Shown in pieces: positions 1 to 12,000 of a stretch of 64,000 nucleotides of DNA. The translations under genes were made by a program, and so were the position numbers. Numbering within the stretch: the first letter of the stretch is position 1; every line of letters starts with the position of its first letter. The stretch comes from Macrostomum lignano (lineage: Eukaryota). The stretch lies in NCBI GenBank assembly GCA_002269645.1, contig NIVC01002053.1, positions 62,001-126,000 on the forward strand, given 5' to 3'. The notes under the pieces were generated by a model. That model was not told where the DNA came from and did not search any database. It worked only from the letters and a program-made list of their open reading frames with translations.

Positions 1-786
1 AGGGACATCAGGGACAGTAAGTGACATTAGTGACAGTAGAGTAACATTAGGGACAGTAGAGTGACATTAGTGACAGTAGAGTGACATTAGTGACAGTAGA
101 GTGACACTAGGGACAATAGAGTAACATTTGGGACAGTAGAGTGACATTAGGGTCAGTAGAGTGACACTAGGGACAATAGAGTGACATTAGTGACATTAGA
201 GTGACATCAGGGACAGTAGAGTGACATCAGGGACAGTAGAGTGACATTAGGGACAATAGAGTGACATTAGTGACAGTAGAGTGACATTAGTGAAAGTAGA
301 GTGACATTAGGGACACTAGAGGGACATTAGGGACAGTAGAGTGACATTAGAGACAGTAGAATGACATTAGGGACAGTAGAGAGACATTAGGGACAGTAGA
401 GAGACATTAGGGACAGTAGAGTGACACTAGGGACAATAGAGTGACATTAGTGACAGTAGAGTAACATTAGTGAAAGTAGAGTGACATTAGTGAAAGTAGA
501 GTGACATTAGTGAAAGTAGAGTGACATTAGGGACACTAAAGGGACATTAGGGACAATAGAGTGACATTAGTGACAGTAGAGTGACATTAGTGACAGTAGA
601 GTGACATTAGAGACAGGAGAGTGACATCAGTGACAGTAGAGTAACATTAGGGACAGTAGAGTGACATTAGGGACACTAGAGTGACTATGGGGACAGTAGA
701 GTGACATTAGGGACACTAGAGTGACATTAGGGACAGTAGAGTGACATTAGGGACAGTAGAGTGACATTAGTGACAGTAGAGTGACA
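1..786. repeat. 20-bp minisatellite (GTGACATTAGGGACAGTAGA)n
   Basis: Direct inspection; intronic. Confidence 0.97.
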
Positions 787-794
787 TGAAAACC

Positions 795-3092
795 CTAGCC
801 AGCCCTACTGCATGCTGCTGGTTAGAGCCCCTCTCGCCGCCTGCGCCAGCACTTGACTGTCGTTGCCGCCGACGCGATGAGCCGCCGCGAGACTGCGCCG
901 ACGAACTGGACGGCGGCATTGGCGGCTGCGGCATCTCCTTCTCGTGCGCGTAGAGCGTGTACCAGCGCGGCTGATTGTCCATCAGCTTGCGGTCTGAGGG
1001 AAGACAGGGGTAGCTAGGGACATCTAGAGACACGTAGAGACAGCCAGAGACATCTAGAGACATCTAGAGACAGTCAAATGCATCTAGAAATAATCAGTGA
1101 CGTCAGTGACATCTAGAGACAGTCAGAGATATCTAGAGACAATCAGGGACATCTAGAGACTCTTAGAGACAATCAGAGACATCTAGAGACAATCAGGGAC
1201 ATCTAGAGACAATCAGGGACATCTAGAGACTCCTAGAGACAAGCAGAGATATCTAGAGACAGTCAGAGACATCTAGAGACAATCAGAGACATCTAGAGAC
1301 AGTCAAAGACATCTAGAGACATCTAGAGTCATCTAGAGACATCTAGAGTCATCTAGAGACAGTCAAAGACAGCTAGAGACAGTCAGAAACATCTAGAGAC
1401 AGCCAAGGACATTTCGAGATATTTCGGGAAATCTAGAAACAACCCGAGACGTCTATAGACATTAAAAAACTACAGGCAACTACGTATGTCTGTAGAAAAG
1501 TCAGATTCATCTAGAGATGTTTAAAAAGACAACCAGATGCATCTAGAGGCTTTCAGAGATAGCCAGACAATCCACGAAAGCAACGGACATAATCAGAATA
1601 TCTTAATTTGGAAAGCCCGAACCCCAAACCAGCCTCACCCAGCCGAATGACGCAGCGCCCCATAAAGTCGTTAGTCTTGAGCCGGTCATAATCCCACACC
1701 GAGATGTCCAGCCAGTGCTTTTTCAGTTCCCGTTTGGGCACGTCCATGAACACCACAGTCTGCTGCCAGTCGGGCTCCAGCGTGTTAGGCAGGTACTTGA
1801 TCTGGCGCTGCAGGTCCGCACTGGAACAGAAGGATTATTGTGCTGATTGCAGCTGTATATAATGTATATGAGACCCGATCCCAGCTCAACTCAATCTGAC
1901 TCTTGTTCGCTGTGGCTGCCTTGAGGGGTAGCACGGAAAGCCTATTCAACTGCAAACTAACCGCTTCCATCTCTGCTTAACCTGCAGTGTTGGCTGGCGA
2001 ATGCGCTAACCCATTCGGATACCGACTTTATTTTTACGTTAATCAATTTTCAGTGCCTAAGAGTACAGCGTCTCACCTGTCAATCAATCTTCAGTACCTA
2101 AGAGTACAGCGTCTCACCTGTCAATCAATTTCCAGGACCTGAAACCGCAGCGTCTCACCTGTCAGTCGGATCCGGCATCAGCCGCACCTTAACAAACGGA
2201 TCGGCCAGCCCGTTCAAGTCCATCGGCGGCAGTCCTCGAGCTCTGGCGATGTGCACCGTCAAGCTGGAATCGTAATCGTCAAAGTGCAGCTGCACCGATA
2301 TTTCCCCCGCCGTGTCGTATTGGAACTGTTCCGCCGCTGCGACCGCGCCGTCAGCTGCGCCGATGGATGCTTGCGACTGCAGCGAAATCGATTGTTGAGG
2401 CTGAAATTGCTGCATCATCGCCTGAGGCTGCTGCTGGAAGGCTTGTGGTTGCTGGTGCTGTTGTTGAATATGGGGCTGTTGCAGTGCGGGAGGCTGTTGT
2501 AACGACTGAAGCGGTTGTTGCAGAGTCTGCGGTTGTTGCAGAGTCTGCGGTTGTTGCAGAGTCTGCGGTTGTTGCAGAGTCTGCGGTTGTTGCAGAGTCT
2601 GTGGTTGTTGCAGAGTCTGCGGTTGTTGCAGAGTCTGTGGTTGTTGCAGAGTCTGCGGTTGTTGCAGAGTCGGCGGTTGTTGCAGAGTCTGCGGTTGTTG
2701 CAGAGTCTGCGGTTGTTGCTGCTGAAAGTGCTGGGGTTGTTGAATCTGCTCTTGCTGCAGTGCGGGAGGCTGTTGCAACGTTTGAAGCTGCTGTTGCAGA
2801 ATCTGTGGTTTCTGCTGCTGCTGTAAGCTCTCCACCCCAGCGGAAATGCCAGCGAAGGGCACCTGGCCCAGACTGGACGAGGTTGGCGGCGCGAACGGAT
2901 CGGCTCCCCGGGACCCGGCGGCGAAGCGTTCGAAAGGGAATTCAGCCGCGCCAACGAAGACCTCTTTGGGCGGCGCCGAGTCGCCAGTCGGACTTGACGG
3001 CACAGGCGGGCTGGCCGAGGTTGGACGAAGGCGTCCGAGTCCGCCGCCAAGTAGGCTGTGCTTTGTCCGAGACTGGCCGGTAGGGTCGAGCG
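795..3092 (-). CDS. QQPQTL-repeat exon and C2A domain exons (~3092-2159, 1820-1639, 993-~795)
   Basis: GEISVQLHFDDYDSSLTVHIARARGLPPMDLNGLADPFVKVRLMPDPTD-SADLQRQIKYLPNTLEPDWQQTVVF...WDYDRLKTNDFMG...DNQPRWYTL; junction phases consistent. Confidence 0.88.
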
Positions 3093-6000
3093 CTGTGGAT
3101 AGTAGCATGGGTTTTTGAACTTTAGGATTCAGTTTTTGTTCTAGTTTTTTGTACTCTTATATTTGGTTTTTGCACTTTTAGATTTGATTTTTGTACTTTA
3201 GGATTCAGTTTTTGTTCTAGTTTTTTGTACTCTTATATTTGGTTTTTGCACTTTCTTTGCAATTTCTTAGCCAAGATACATGTACCGTCCCGGGAAAATT
3301 TCTGATCGAACAGTGCAAATTCGAACAAAATCGGTCAAGCCATTCAGGAGAAAATCGATTTCGTACATACAAGAATACAAGCAAGCAATATTTTCATTTT
3401 TAGTATATAGGATTTTTGTACTTTAGGATTCTGTTTTTTTGTACTACCTTGAAGGTTGATCATACCTACGAGCTAAATATACACGACAGAGAGCCAGCAA
3501 TCACCGAACGCCTTACAATAATATGATAAAATTTGCATGAAAATGTTGAAAAAATCCCCTACAGAATGCCTCACCCTGGCCATCAGGGAAGCTGTTGTGA
3601 CGCGCAGTCTGTTGCTGTACTGTTGTTGAGCCTCGACTGAAAAATTGCAATAAAGTGCAGGTGGTCGCATGCGTACAAATTCTATTTTCAAAAAGTAACT
3701 GCACTTAGTAGTTTTCCATTGAAGAAGTTTTAAAAGTGAGTCAGCATGGACAACTAAAGTAGAAGGACTAAAGAGTGTCTGGATAAGCCTTGGACAACTA
3801 AAGCAGAAGGACTAAAGAGTGTCTAGATAAGCCATGGTCAACTAAAGCAGCACTAAAGAGGGTCTAGATAAGCCATGGACAACTAAAGTAGAAGGACTAA
3901 AGAGTGTCTAGATAAGCCATGGACAACTAAAGCAGCGCTAAAGAGTGTCTAGATAAGCCATGGACAACTAAAGCAGAAGGACTAAAGAGTGTCTAGATAA
4001 GCCATGGACAACTAAAGTAGAAGGACTAAAGAGTGTCTAGATAAGCCATGGACAACTAAAGCAGCACTAAAGAGGGTCTAGATAAGCCATGGACAACTAA
4101 AGCAGAAGGACTAAAGAGTGTCTAGATAAGCCATGGACAACTAAAGCAGCACTAAAGAGGGTCTAGATGAGCCATGGACAACTAAAGCAAAAGGATTAAA
4201 GGGATTATAGATAAGCCATGGACAACTAAAGCAGGACTAAAGAGGGTCTAGATAAGCCATGGACAACTAAAGCAGGACTAAAGAGTGTCTAGATAGCCAT
4301 GGACAACTAAAGTAGAAGGACTAAAGAGTGTCTAGATAAGCCATGGACAACTAAAGCAGAAGGATTAAAGGGATTATAGATAAGCCATGGACAACTAAAG
4401 CAGAAGGATTAAAGGGATTATAGATAAGCCATGGACAACTAAAGCAGAAGGATTAAAGATATTATAGATCATGGACAACTAAAGCAAAAGGATTAAAGGG
4501 ATTATAGATAAGCTATGGATAACTAAAGCAGAAGGATTAAAGATATTATAGATCATGGACAACTAAAGCAAAAGGATTAAAGGGATTATAGATAAGCCAT
4601 GGACAACTAAAGCAGAAGGATTAAAGGGATTATAGATAAACCATGGACAACTAAAGCAGAAGGATTAAAGGGATTATAGATAAGCCATGGACAACTAAAG
4701 CAGAAGGATTAAAGGGATTATAGATAAGCCATGGACAACTAAAGCAGAAGGACTAAAGAGTGTCTAGATAAGCCATGGATAACTAAAGCAGAAGGATTAA
4801 AGATATTATAGATCATGGACAACTAAATCAAAAGGATTAAAGGGATTATAGATAAGCCATGGACAACTAAAGCAGAAAGATTAAAGGTATTATAGATCAT
4901 GGACAACTAAAGCAAAAGGATTAAAGGGATTATAGATAAGCCATGGACAACTAAAGCAGAAGGATTAAAGGTATTATAGATCATGGACAACTAAAGCAAA
5001 AGGATTAAAGGATTATAGATAAGCCATGGACAACTAAAGCAGAAAGATTAAAGGTATTATAGATCATGGACAACTAAAGCAAAAGGATTAAAGATATTAT
5101 AGATAAGCCATGGACAACTAAAGCAGAAAGATTAAAGGTATTATAGATCATGGACAACTAAAGCAAAAGGATTAAAGGGATTATAGATAAGCCATGGACA
5201 ACTAAAGCAGAAGGATTAAAGGTATTATAGATCATGGACAACTAAAGCAAAAGGATTAAAGATATTATAGATAAGCCATGGACAACTAAAGCAGAAGGAT
5301 TAAAGATATTATAGATCATGGACAACTAAAGCAAAAGGATTAAAGATATTATAGATAAGCCATGGACAACTAAAGCAGAAGGATTAAAGATATTATAGAT
5401 AAGCCATGGACAACTAAAGCAGAAGGATGTTTAAATACTCTTGAATTCCAGCTTTTGCTACTTTTTTGTGAATTTCTTGCTGCTCCTATTTGTCTATGAT
5501 GAAGCCCAATTTTTCAAGGATAGCGAAAAAACAAATCTTTGCAAAATCCGTTCAAAAAGTTGGAAAATTGTTTTGAATTTTTTGTGTCTTCAAAGACTCC
5601 TAATGCTTTCACTTTTACGGTCTTCTGGCAGTTTGCAATATTTCTCAATGTTTTACAGTTTTCTGGCACAAAACAGCGCAAGTTTTCTATGTACATGCAT
5701 ATGGCTTCTCTGCTTAGTTTTGTTGTTTTAAAATATTGTTAAAGTCCATTAAGTATATCCTCGTAATTCCATTAAAAAAATCACTGCTTGATTGTCTTTT
5801 AACCAGAGAGAGCAGAGCCGTCTGTGAATAACTTAACTGTACCAGCCAGTAGAATTATAGAATTCGTTCTGATGTGAGTGACCGGTGAGTCCCAAATGAT
5901 CACCCCGAGTTTTGATCAAAGAACCTCTGCAGACGAACCAATCTTTTCCATATCTTCACTCATGTCTACAATGAGTCTGAGTCATTCTGATTCAGTTTCC

Positions 6001-9000
6001 CACGACCCCCCCCCCCCAACGCTGCCATCAGCGGCTCTCACACTCTGACGACAACTTCGAATTCGTCGGCCTCCCAGGCGGTGGCCAGCGCCCTGTGCAG
6101 CTCCCGCGGCCCCAGCCCGACCAAGCAGTAGCCGTTCCATTCCACCACTTCGTCGCCTTCGCCTATCTCAGCGCGCAGACGGTCGCAGACGCTGCCAGGC
6201 AGGATGTCCTGAACTACAGCGGCTGGCAGACCGTCCTCCTGCGAGACGCCGGCCTCCACGACCAGACCGACGCCATAGCCTGCGAGCGACACCGGGGGGG
6301 GGGTAATACTGAGATACTCTCTATGGCACTCGTGGGACACTACTGAGATACTCTCTATGGCACTTGTGGGACACTACTGAGATACTCTCTGTGGCACTAT
6401 GGGACACTACTGAGATACTCTATATGGCACTCGTGGGACACTACTGAGATATTCTCTATGGCACTCGTGTGACACTACTGAGATACTCTCTATGGCACTC
6501 GTGGGACACTACTGAGATACTCTCTATGGCACTCGTGTGACACTACTGTGATACTCTTTATGGCTCTTGTGTGATACTACTGTGATACCACTGAGATACT
6601 CTTTCAGGCACTCGTGAGGCACTACTGAGTACTCTTCATGTCACTAATGTGACACTACTGAGCACTCTTGATGGCACTCATAGCGCACTGCAGGCCATCA
6701 AAAGTACACAGCAAAAGTGGTGACTCCGTCTTAAATCAAGCAAGCAATTCAAACCCTGCATCGCTGGTCAGGTTGAGCGCCAAAACTTTTAAAGCTTAAG
6801 AAACCGATGATAAAAGTACATTTTTTAACTTTAGGCAATTCAATCCCCTTAATAGAGAAGAACTGGACCAGAAGGGGCCGTTGAGAGGCCGTTTTCTCGT
6901 CCGACTGGCTTCGTCTCTTCCTCTCAGCGTCCACTCTGGCCGGGTCCTGATTAATCATTTAAAGCAACTTAATTTGCTGCCTTTTACTCGTAAGTCGCCA
7001 AGCCTTTGAGTAAACTTTCGGTGCTTCTTAGCTTCTTGACTTCAGACTTCGGGTTGGCAAAGTTGAAGACAAAAATAAAGAAGTGAAGAGCGTCACTGAA
7101 AGAGGAGGCGCTTTTTAATAATAGAAGTCCTAGGAGGGGGTCAGTGCAGAGATTAGGGGGTCGGCCTTACCTCGGTTTGATTTGTCCCTCGTGTCCCTGG
7201 TCAGCAGCAGTCGCTTCACCTGGAAATCGTAGCCACCTGTCCTCTGACGCTCCTTCAGCAGCTGTACAATATGGGCGGAGGGCGGATAACGACAGGTAAA
7301 CAATGCATTGATAGAGGAGCAGACAGTGAGAGGTAGACAGGGATAGGGAAGCAGATAGTGAGAGGTAGACAAGGATAGGGAAGCAGACAGTGAGAGGTAG
7401 ACAAGGATAGGGAAGCGGACAGTGAGAGGTAGACAAAGATAAGGGAGCGGACAGTGAGAGGTAGACAAGGATAGGCAAGCAGACAGTGAGAGGTAGACAA
7501 GGATAAGGGAGCAGACAGTGAGAGGTAGACAAGGATAGGGGAGCAGACAGTGAGAGGTAGACAAGGATAGGGAAGCAGACAGTGAGAGGTAGACAAGGAT
7601 AGGGGAGCAGATAGTGAGAGGTAGATATGATTTGATGAGATTAACAACAAACTATGAGATTCCTAATTGTCGGCCGCATCTCCTGTTTGAGTCTGCACTT
7701 CTCCCAGCAGCAGTTTTTCTCTCTTCTGTTTAGCTATAAAACTGGCGCGCCTCTCGCAGGCCTACAAACTGATTAAATTCATCTCCACCCCCTCTGCCCA
7801 GCGGCCAGCCCAGCTCAAAATCGTACACAGTACAGGCATATAGGTGAGTCCTAAAACGATTGGGTGAATTGGATGGGGCTTTGAGGACTCTGATGGAGCT
7901 CAATAATAGATTGATTGTCACGCCATCGGCCGCTGAGCTGGGCCTGAAGTTCTTCTCTCAGCTGGTCAAACGAAGAAAGACATGGCGGATGTTTTTAGCA
8001 TTGTGAATGCGCTGTTGTAGGCTAGCCGTACTGCTATGAGATTGTCTTTATTAGCCGGGTAGAGAGAGACGGGGGAGAGATCAACCCAGCGGTCCCCCCA
8101 TGGCAGTAGTTCGCTTGGTAGATTCCAGATATCCGCGTCCAGCATCCCAGTTCATCTCCATCAACCCAGTTTGCCCAGGTCCCCCCTCCCTGCTCCCAGA
8201 TGTCAAACTTCAGGCTCCCTGTCCCCACTCTGGAGCTCTGCTATCGTTTCCCCTGCACATGACGCAGTTCAAACATTGTCTCCGCTTCCAAGCGGCAGGA
8301 CAGGGAGGGTACGTAAATATGCAAATATTCATATCGTATTGTCTATAGTTTATCCCCTCACTTGTAAGGCAGTACTCACAGCCTCCAGACTGGGCGGCTG
8401 CTGGCCGGGCTGACGGACATCGCCTCCGCCACTCTCGTAGTGATGCTGGTAGTAGGAGGCTGCGAAGCGGATGATTGTTCAGTTTGATTGCATGATTATG
8501 CTTCACTTCAACACGGAGGCTGTGTCAGGATATTTCTCCTGGCAAAGACATCGAACCACAAATCTATTGCATCGCTGTGGATTGTGCTATCTCGCGTGGA
8601 AACACTTCCTGACTCTTCCATCAGTCCGAAATCCTGATTCTTCTGTGTACACCACCCCTGATTCTTCTTTGTGTACACCACCCCTGATTCTTCTATGTAC
8701 ACCAACCCTGATTCTTCTGTGTACACCATCCCCGAATCTTCTGTGTACACCACCCCTGATTCTTCTTTGTGTACACCACCCCTGATTCTTCTATGTACAC
8801 CAACCCTGATTCTTCTGTGTACACCATCCCCGAATCTTCTGTGTACACCACCCCTGATTCTTCTGTGTACACCACCCCTGATTCTTCTTTGTGTACACCA
8901 CCCCTGATTCTTCTGTGTACACCACCCCTGATTCTTCTTTGTGTACACCACCCCTGATTCTTCTGTGTACACCACCCCTGATTCTTCTTTGTGTACACCA

Positions 9001-12000
9001 CCCCTGATTCTTCTGTGTACATCACCCCTGATTCTTCTGTGTAAACCACCCCTGATTCTTCTGTGTACACCACCCCTGATTCTTCTGTGTACACCACCCC
9101 TGATTCTTCTGTGTACACCACCCCCGATTCTTCTGTGTACACCACCCCTGATTCTTCTGTGTACACCACCCCTGATTCTCTGTGTACACCACCCCTGATT
9201 CTTCTGTGTACACCACCCCTGATTCTTCTGTGTACACCACCCCTGATTCTCTGTGTACACCAACCCTGATTCTCTGTGTACACCAACCCTGATTCTTCTG
9301 TGTACACCACCCCTGATTCTTCTGTGTACACCATCCCCGATTCTCCTGTGTACACCACCCCTGATTCTTCTGTGTACACCACCCCTGATTCTTCTGTGTA
9401 CACCACCCCTGATTCTCTGTGTACACCAACCCTGATTCTCTGTGTACACCACCCCTGATTCTCTGTGTACACCAACCCTGATTCTCTGTGTACACCACCC
9501 CTGATTCTCTGTGTACACCACCCCTGATTCTCTGTGTACAACCACCCCTGATTCTCTGTGTACACCACCCCTGATTCTCTGTGTACACCACCCCTGATTC
9601 TCTGTGTACACCACTCGATGATTCTGCGAGCACTCTTCGTGAAAACACCCGGATCCTGGTGCAGACACCCCAGTCCAACTGCACGAGTCTCTCCAGCTCA
9701 TAAAGATGGCAAGCAAAGCGCACCTGCCGCCCCGCTGGAGTGCTGCCGGTACAGAGAGCTGTGCCCGGCGCTGCCGAGGCCTCTCTGGTAATCGTCGAAC
9801 GAATGCGGCGGCTGCAAGCCACGAGCAGAGGCTGCCACATCAAAAGAAGCCGCGCCGCTGTTATTAACGAGTCCGGCTAATTGGCCTCGGACAGGTGTGC
9901 CGACGTGTCCGACTGCGGCGATCGGGTTGTACCGCTGTTGCTGGTACATCAGCCGTCTGCTGTCGGCCACTGGCTGAAATTCGAGCTGCTGACCACTGCT
10001 GGCCGCCTGCTGCCACCACCAGTTTGGCGGCTGGGCGCCATGCTCCGCGCGGCGCGACTCCTCCTGGCAGCGAATTGCGTCATCGATTTGGCGCCTGCGT
10101 CGTTCGATTTCGCGCTCCAGCTGAACGATCCGCGTCTCCTTGCGCATCAACTCGTAGTCGAAGCTGCTGAGGAGGCCACCGCCGCCGCCGCCTCCTCGAA
10201 GATGCCAGTCATGCGCTAAGTGCGGCGGCGGCGGAGGCGGTAGAAGCTGCTGAGGCATCATCGATCGGCTCCGCTGCTGCTGCTGCTGCTGATGCAGGCT
10301 GTGGAGAGGCTGGCCGCGGTTTAGCGGCATTGCGGCGAGCTGCTCGCCAATGGCATCCAGCTGAGCTCGTTCCATGCGCCGCAGGGTGTCCAGCTGCTCC
10401 TCCAGCTGGCGTGTCAGGCGCAGATGCTCGAGTTGACGTCGGCGATTTCGCGTCACCAGGAGCAGCTCCTGCAGCACCAGGTAGTGCCGGTTTTGCTGCT
10501 TTTGCTGCTGGCCGCTGCTGGTGCTGGTGCTGTTGCTGCTGCTGTTGCTGCTGCTATTTCTGCCTTGGAATCGGCAAAGTTTCTTCCGTTGCTGCCGCCG
10601 CCGCTGCTGCTGCTGTTGCTATTAAAAATGAGGCGGGATTTGGGGAGTGACGGGTAGTAGGGCAGCTCAGGCTCAGTCGCTATTGGCTTACTGCAGTTTT
10701 ATGATGCTTTTGCCCAGTCAGGCCCCGGCTGGGCCTCAGCCATGGAGATCGTGAAATTCTGGTTCAAGTTTTCCTTGGCTCAGCGCCAGGGAGAAGGAGA
10801 GGGAGAGAGTCGGCCTGAGGCGCCAAGGGATTGGCAATGGTTTCATTGCCAGGGCGAGCAATAAATCCGCTTGTAAAACGCGGTACCGCAATAAAACAGG
10901 GTATCGAACCGTATTGGTTTCCACCTACTTATCAGATGGGAGGCCAAAATGGCTTTAAGATGATTGAGCATTGCTGGCTAATATAGATAGATGGCAACGG
11001 CTGATGTAGATAGCTCGTGAATGATTTGTTGAATATCGCGACAAAGACTGCATGTACATCAGACTGACGGTATTGGGACGAAGATTACATCAGGCTGAGG
11101 ATATTGATACAAAGACTACATCAGGCTGAGGATATTGGAACAAAGAATACATCAGGCTGAGGGTATTGAGACAAAGACTGCATCAGGCTGAGGGTATTAG
11201 GACAAAGACTATTAGCTTTATTAGTAACAACAAACGATACTTTAATGCTAATCCAACTGATTCCAACTATCAAAGCAGACTGATAATTTGTTCTCAGACA
11301 GGGGTATCTGTAGCAGCAAAAGTACATTAATCACAGGGCATTACCTATTCGGATGAGTGCAGAAAAGCATTAGCTATGGAGCATTCACTAAAAGCGGCTT
11401 CACTAAAATTAATAGTATAGCTGGGAGGGCCAACTTCCAGCCAATATTTCGAGAGGAAATTAATAATAATAAAAATAAAAATAAAACTCAGAGGTTTTCA
11501 TATCCAGATAATAACTTCAGTATTATTCTTTTTTTATTTTTCGCGCCTAAAGATTACCCTTCCAGACTCTCCTATATGCGGTTAGTCCCCGGGTTTGCCC
11601 CCCCCCCTCGAAGGGTTACCAGCGAGTGCAGCAGGGGAGAAGCAGAGTGAGAAGCTGGGGAGGCCGCAGACGCGGTGGCAGCAGTGTACACTATGGAGGG
11701 TAGAAAAGTGCGCGCGCCCGCTCGGAAGGTTTGGCCCGGGGCTGAGAGGAGCAGCGAGAGAGTGGAGGGAGGGAGAGAAAGGGAGAGGAGGCCAGCGGGA
11801 GGCACCAGGAGCGGCTCTGAGAGTCCGTTTCGGACGCCTCCACCTTCGCTGCCGGACTGGACTGTGTTGGTAGGCGAGGCGGCGGCTGACGGGGCGAGAT
11901 GTTGTGATAAAATGAGAGAGGGAGCGCGAGAATTCCGGGATAAAGTGGGAGAAGCATAGCAGCTTAGAGTAGATGCTGGTAAGGAAAGGCCGCCCGCTTG

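Noticed and set aside
2367-3083. Plus-strand 238-aa (VVAESA)n ORF and other antisense ORFs over GC-rich exons (e.g. 60421-61125 minus)
   Set aside because: Shadow frames of real exons on the opposite strand
7922-7961. 40-nt candidate exon (LREELQAQLSGRW) of the active-zone gene
   Set aside because: Good acceptor, but its phase-1 end does not fit the next identified exon; left out of the model as unresolved
8508-9716. Long ORFs (402, 291, 273 aa) and similar ones at 14083-15315, 25903-26896, 53122-54113 and 58982-59762
   Set aside because: Stop-free translations of minisatellites, open in several frames and strands, located in introns or intergenic DNA
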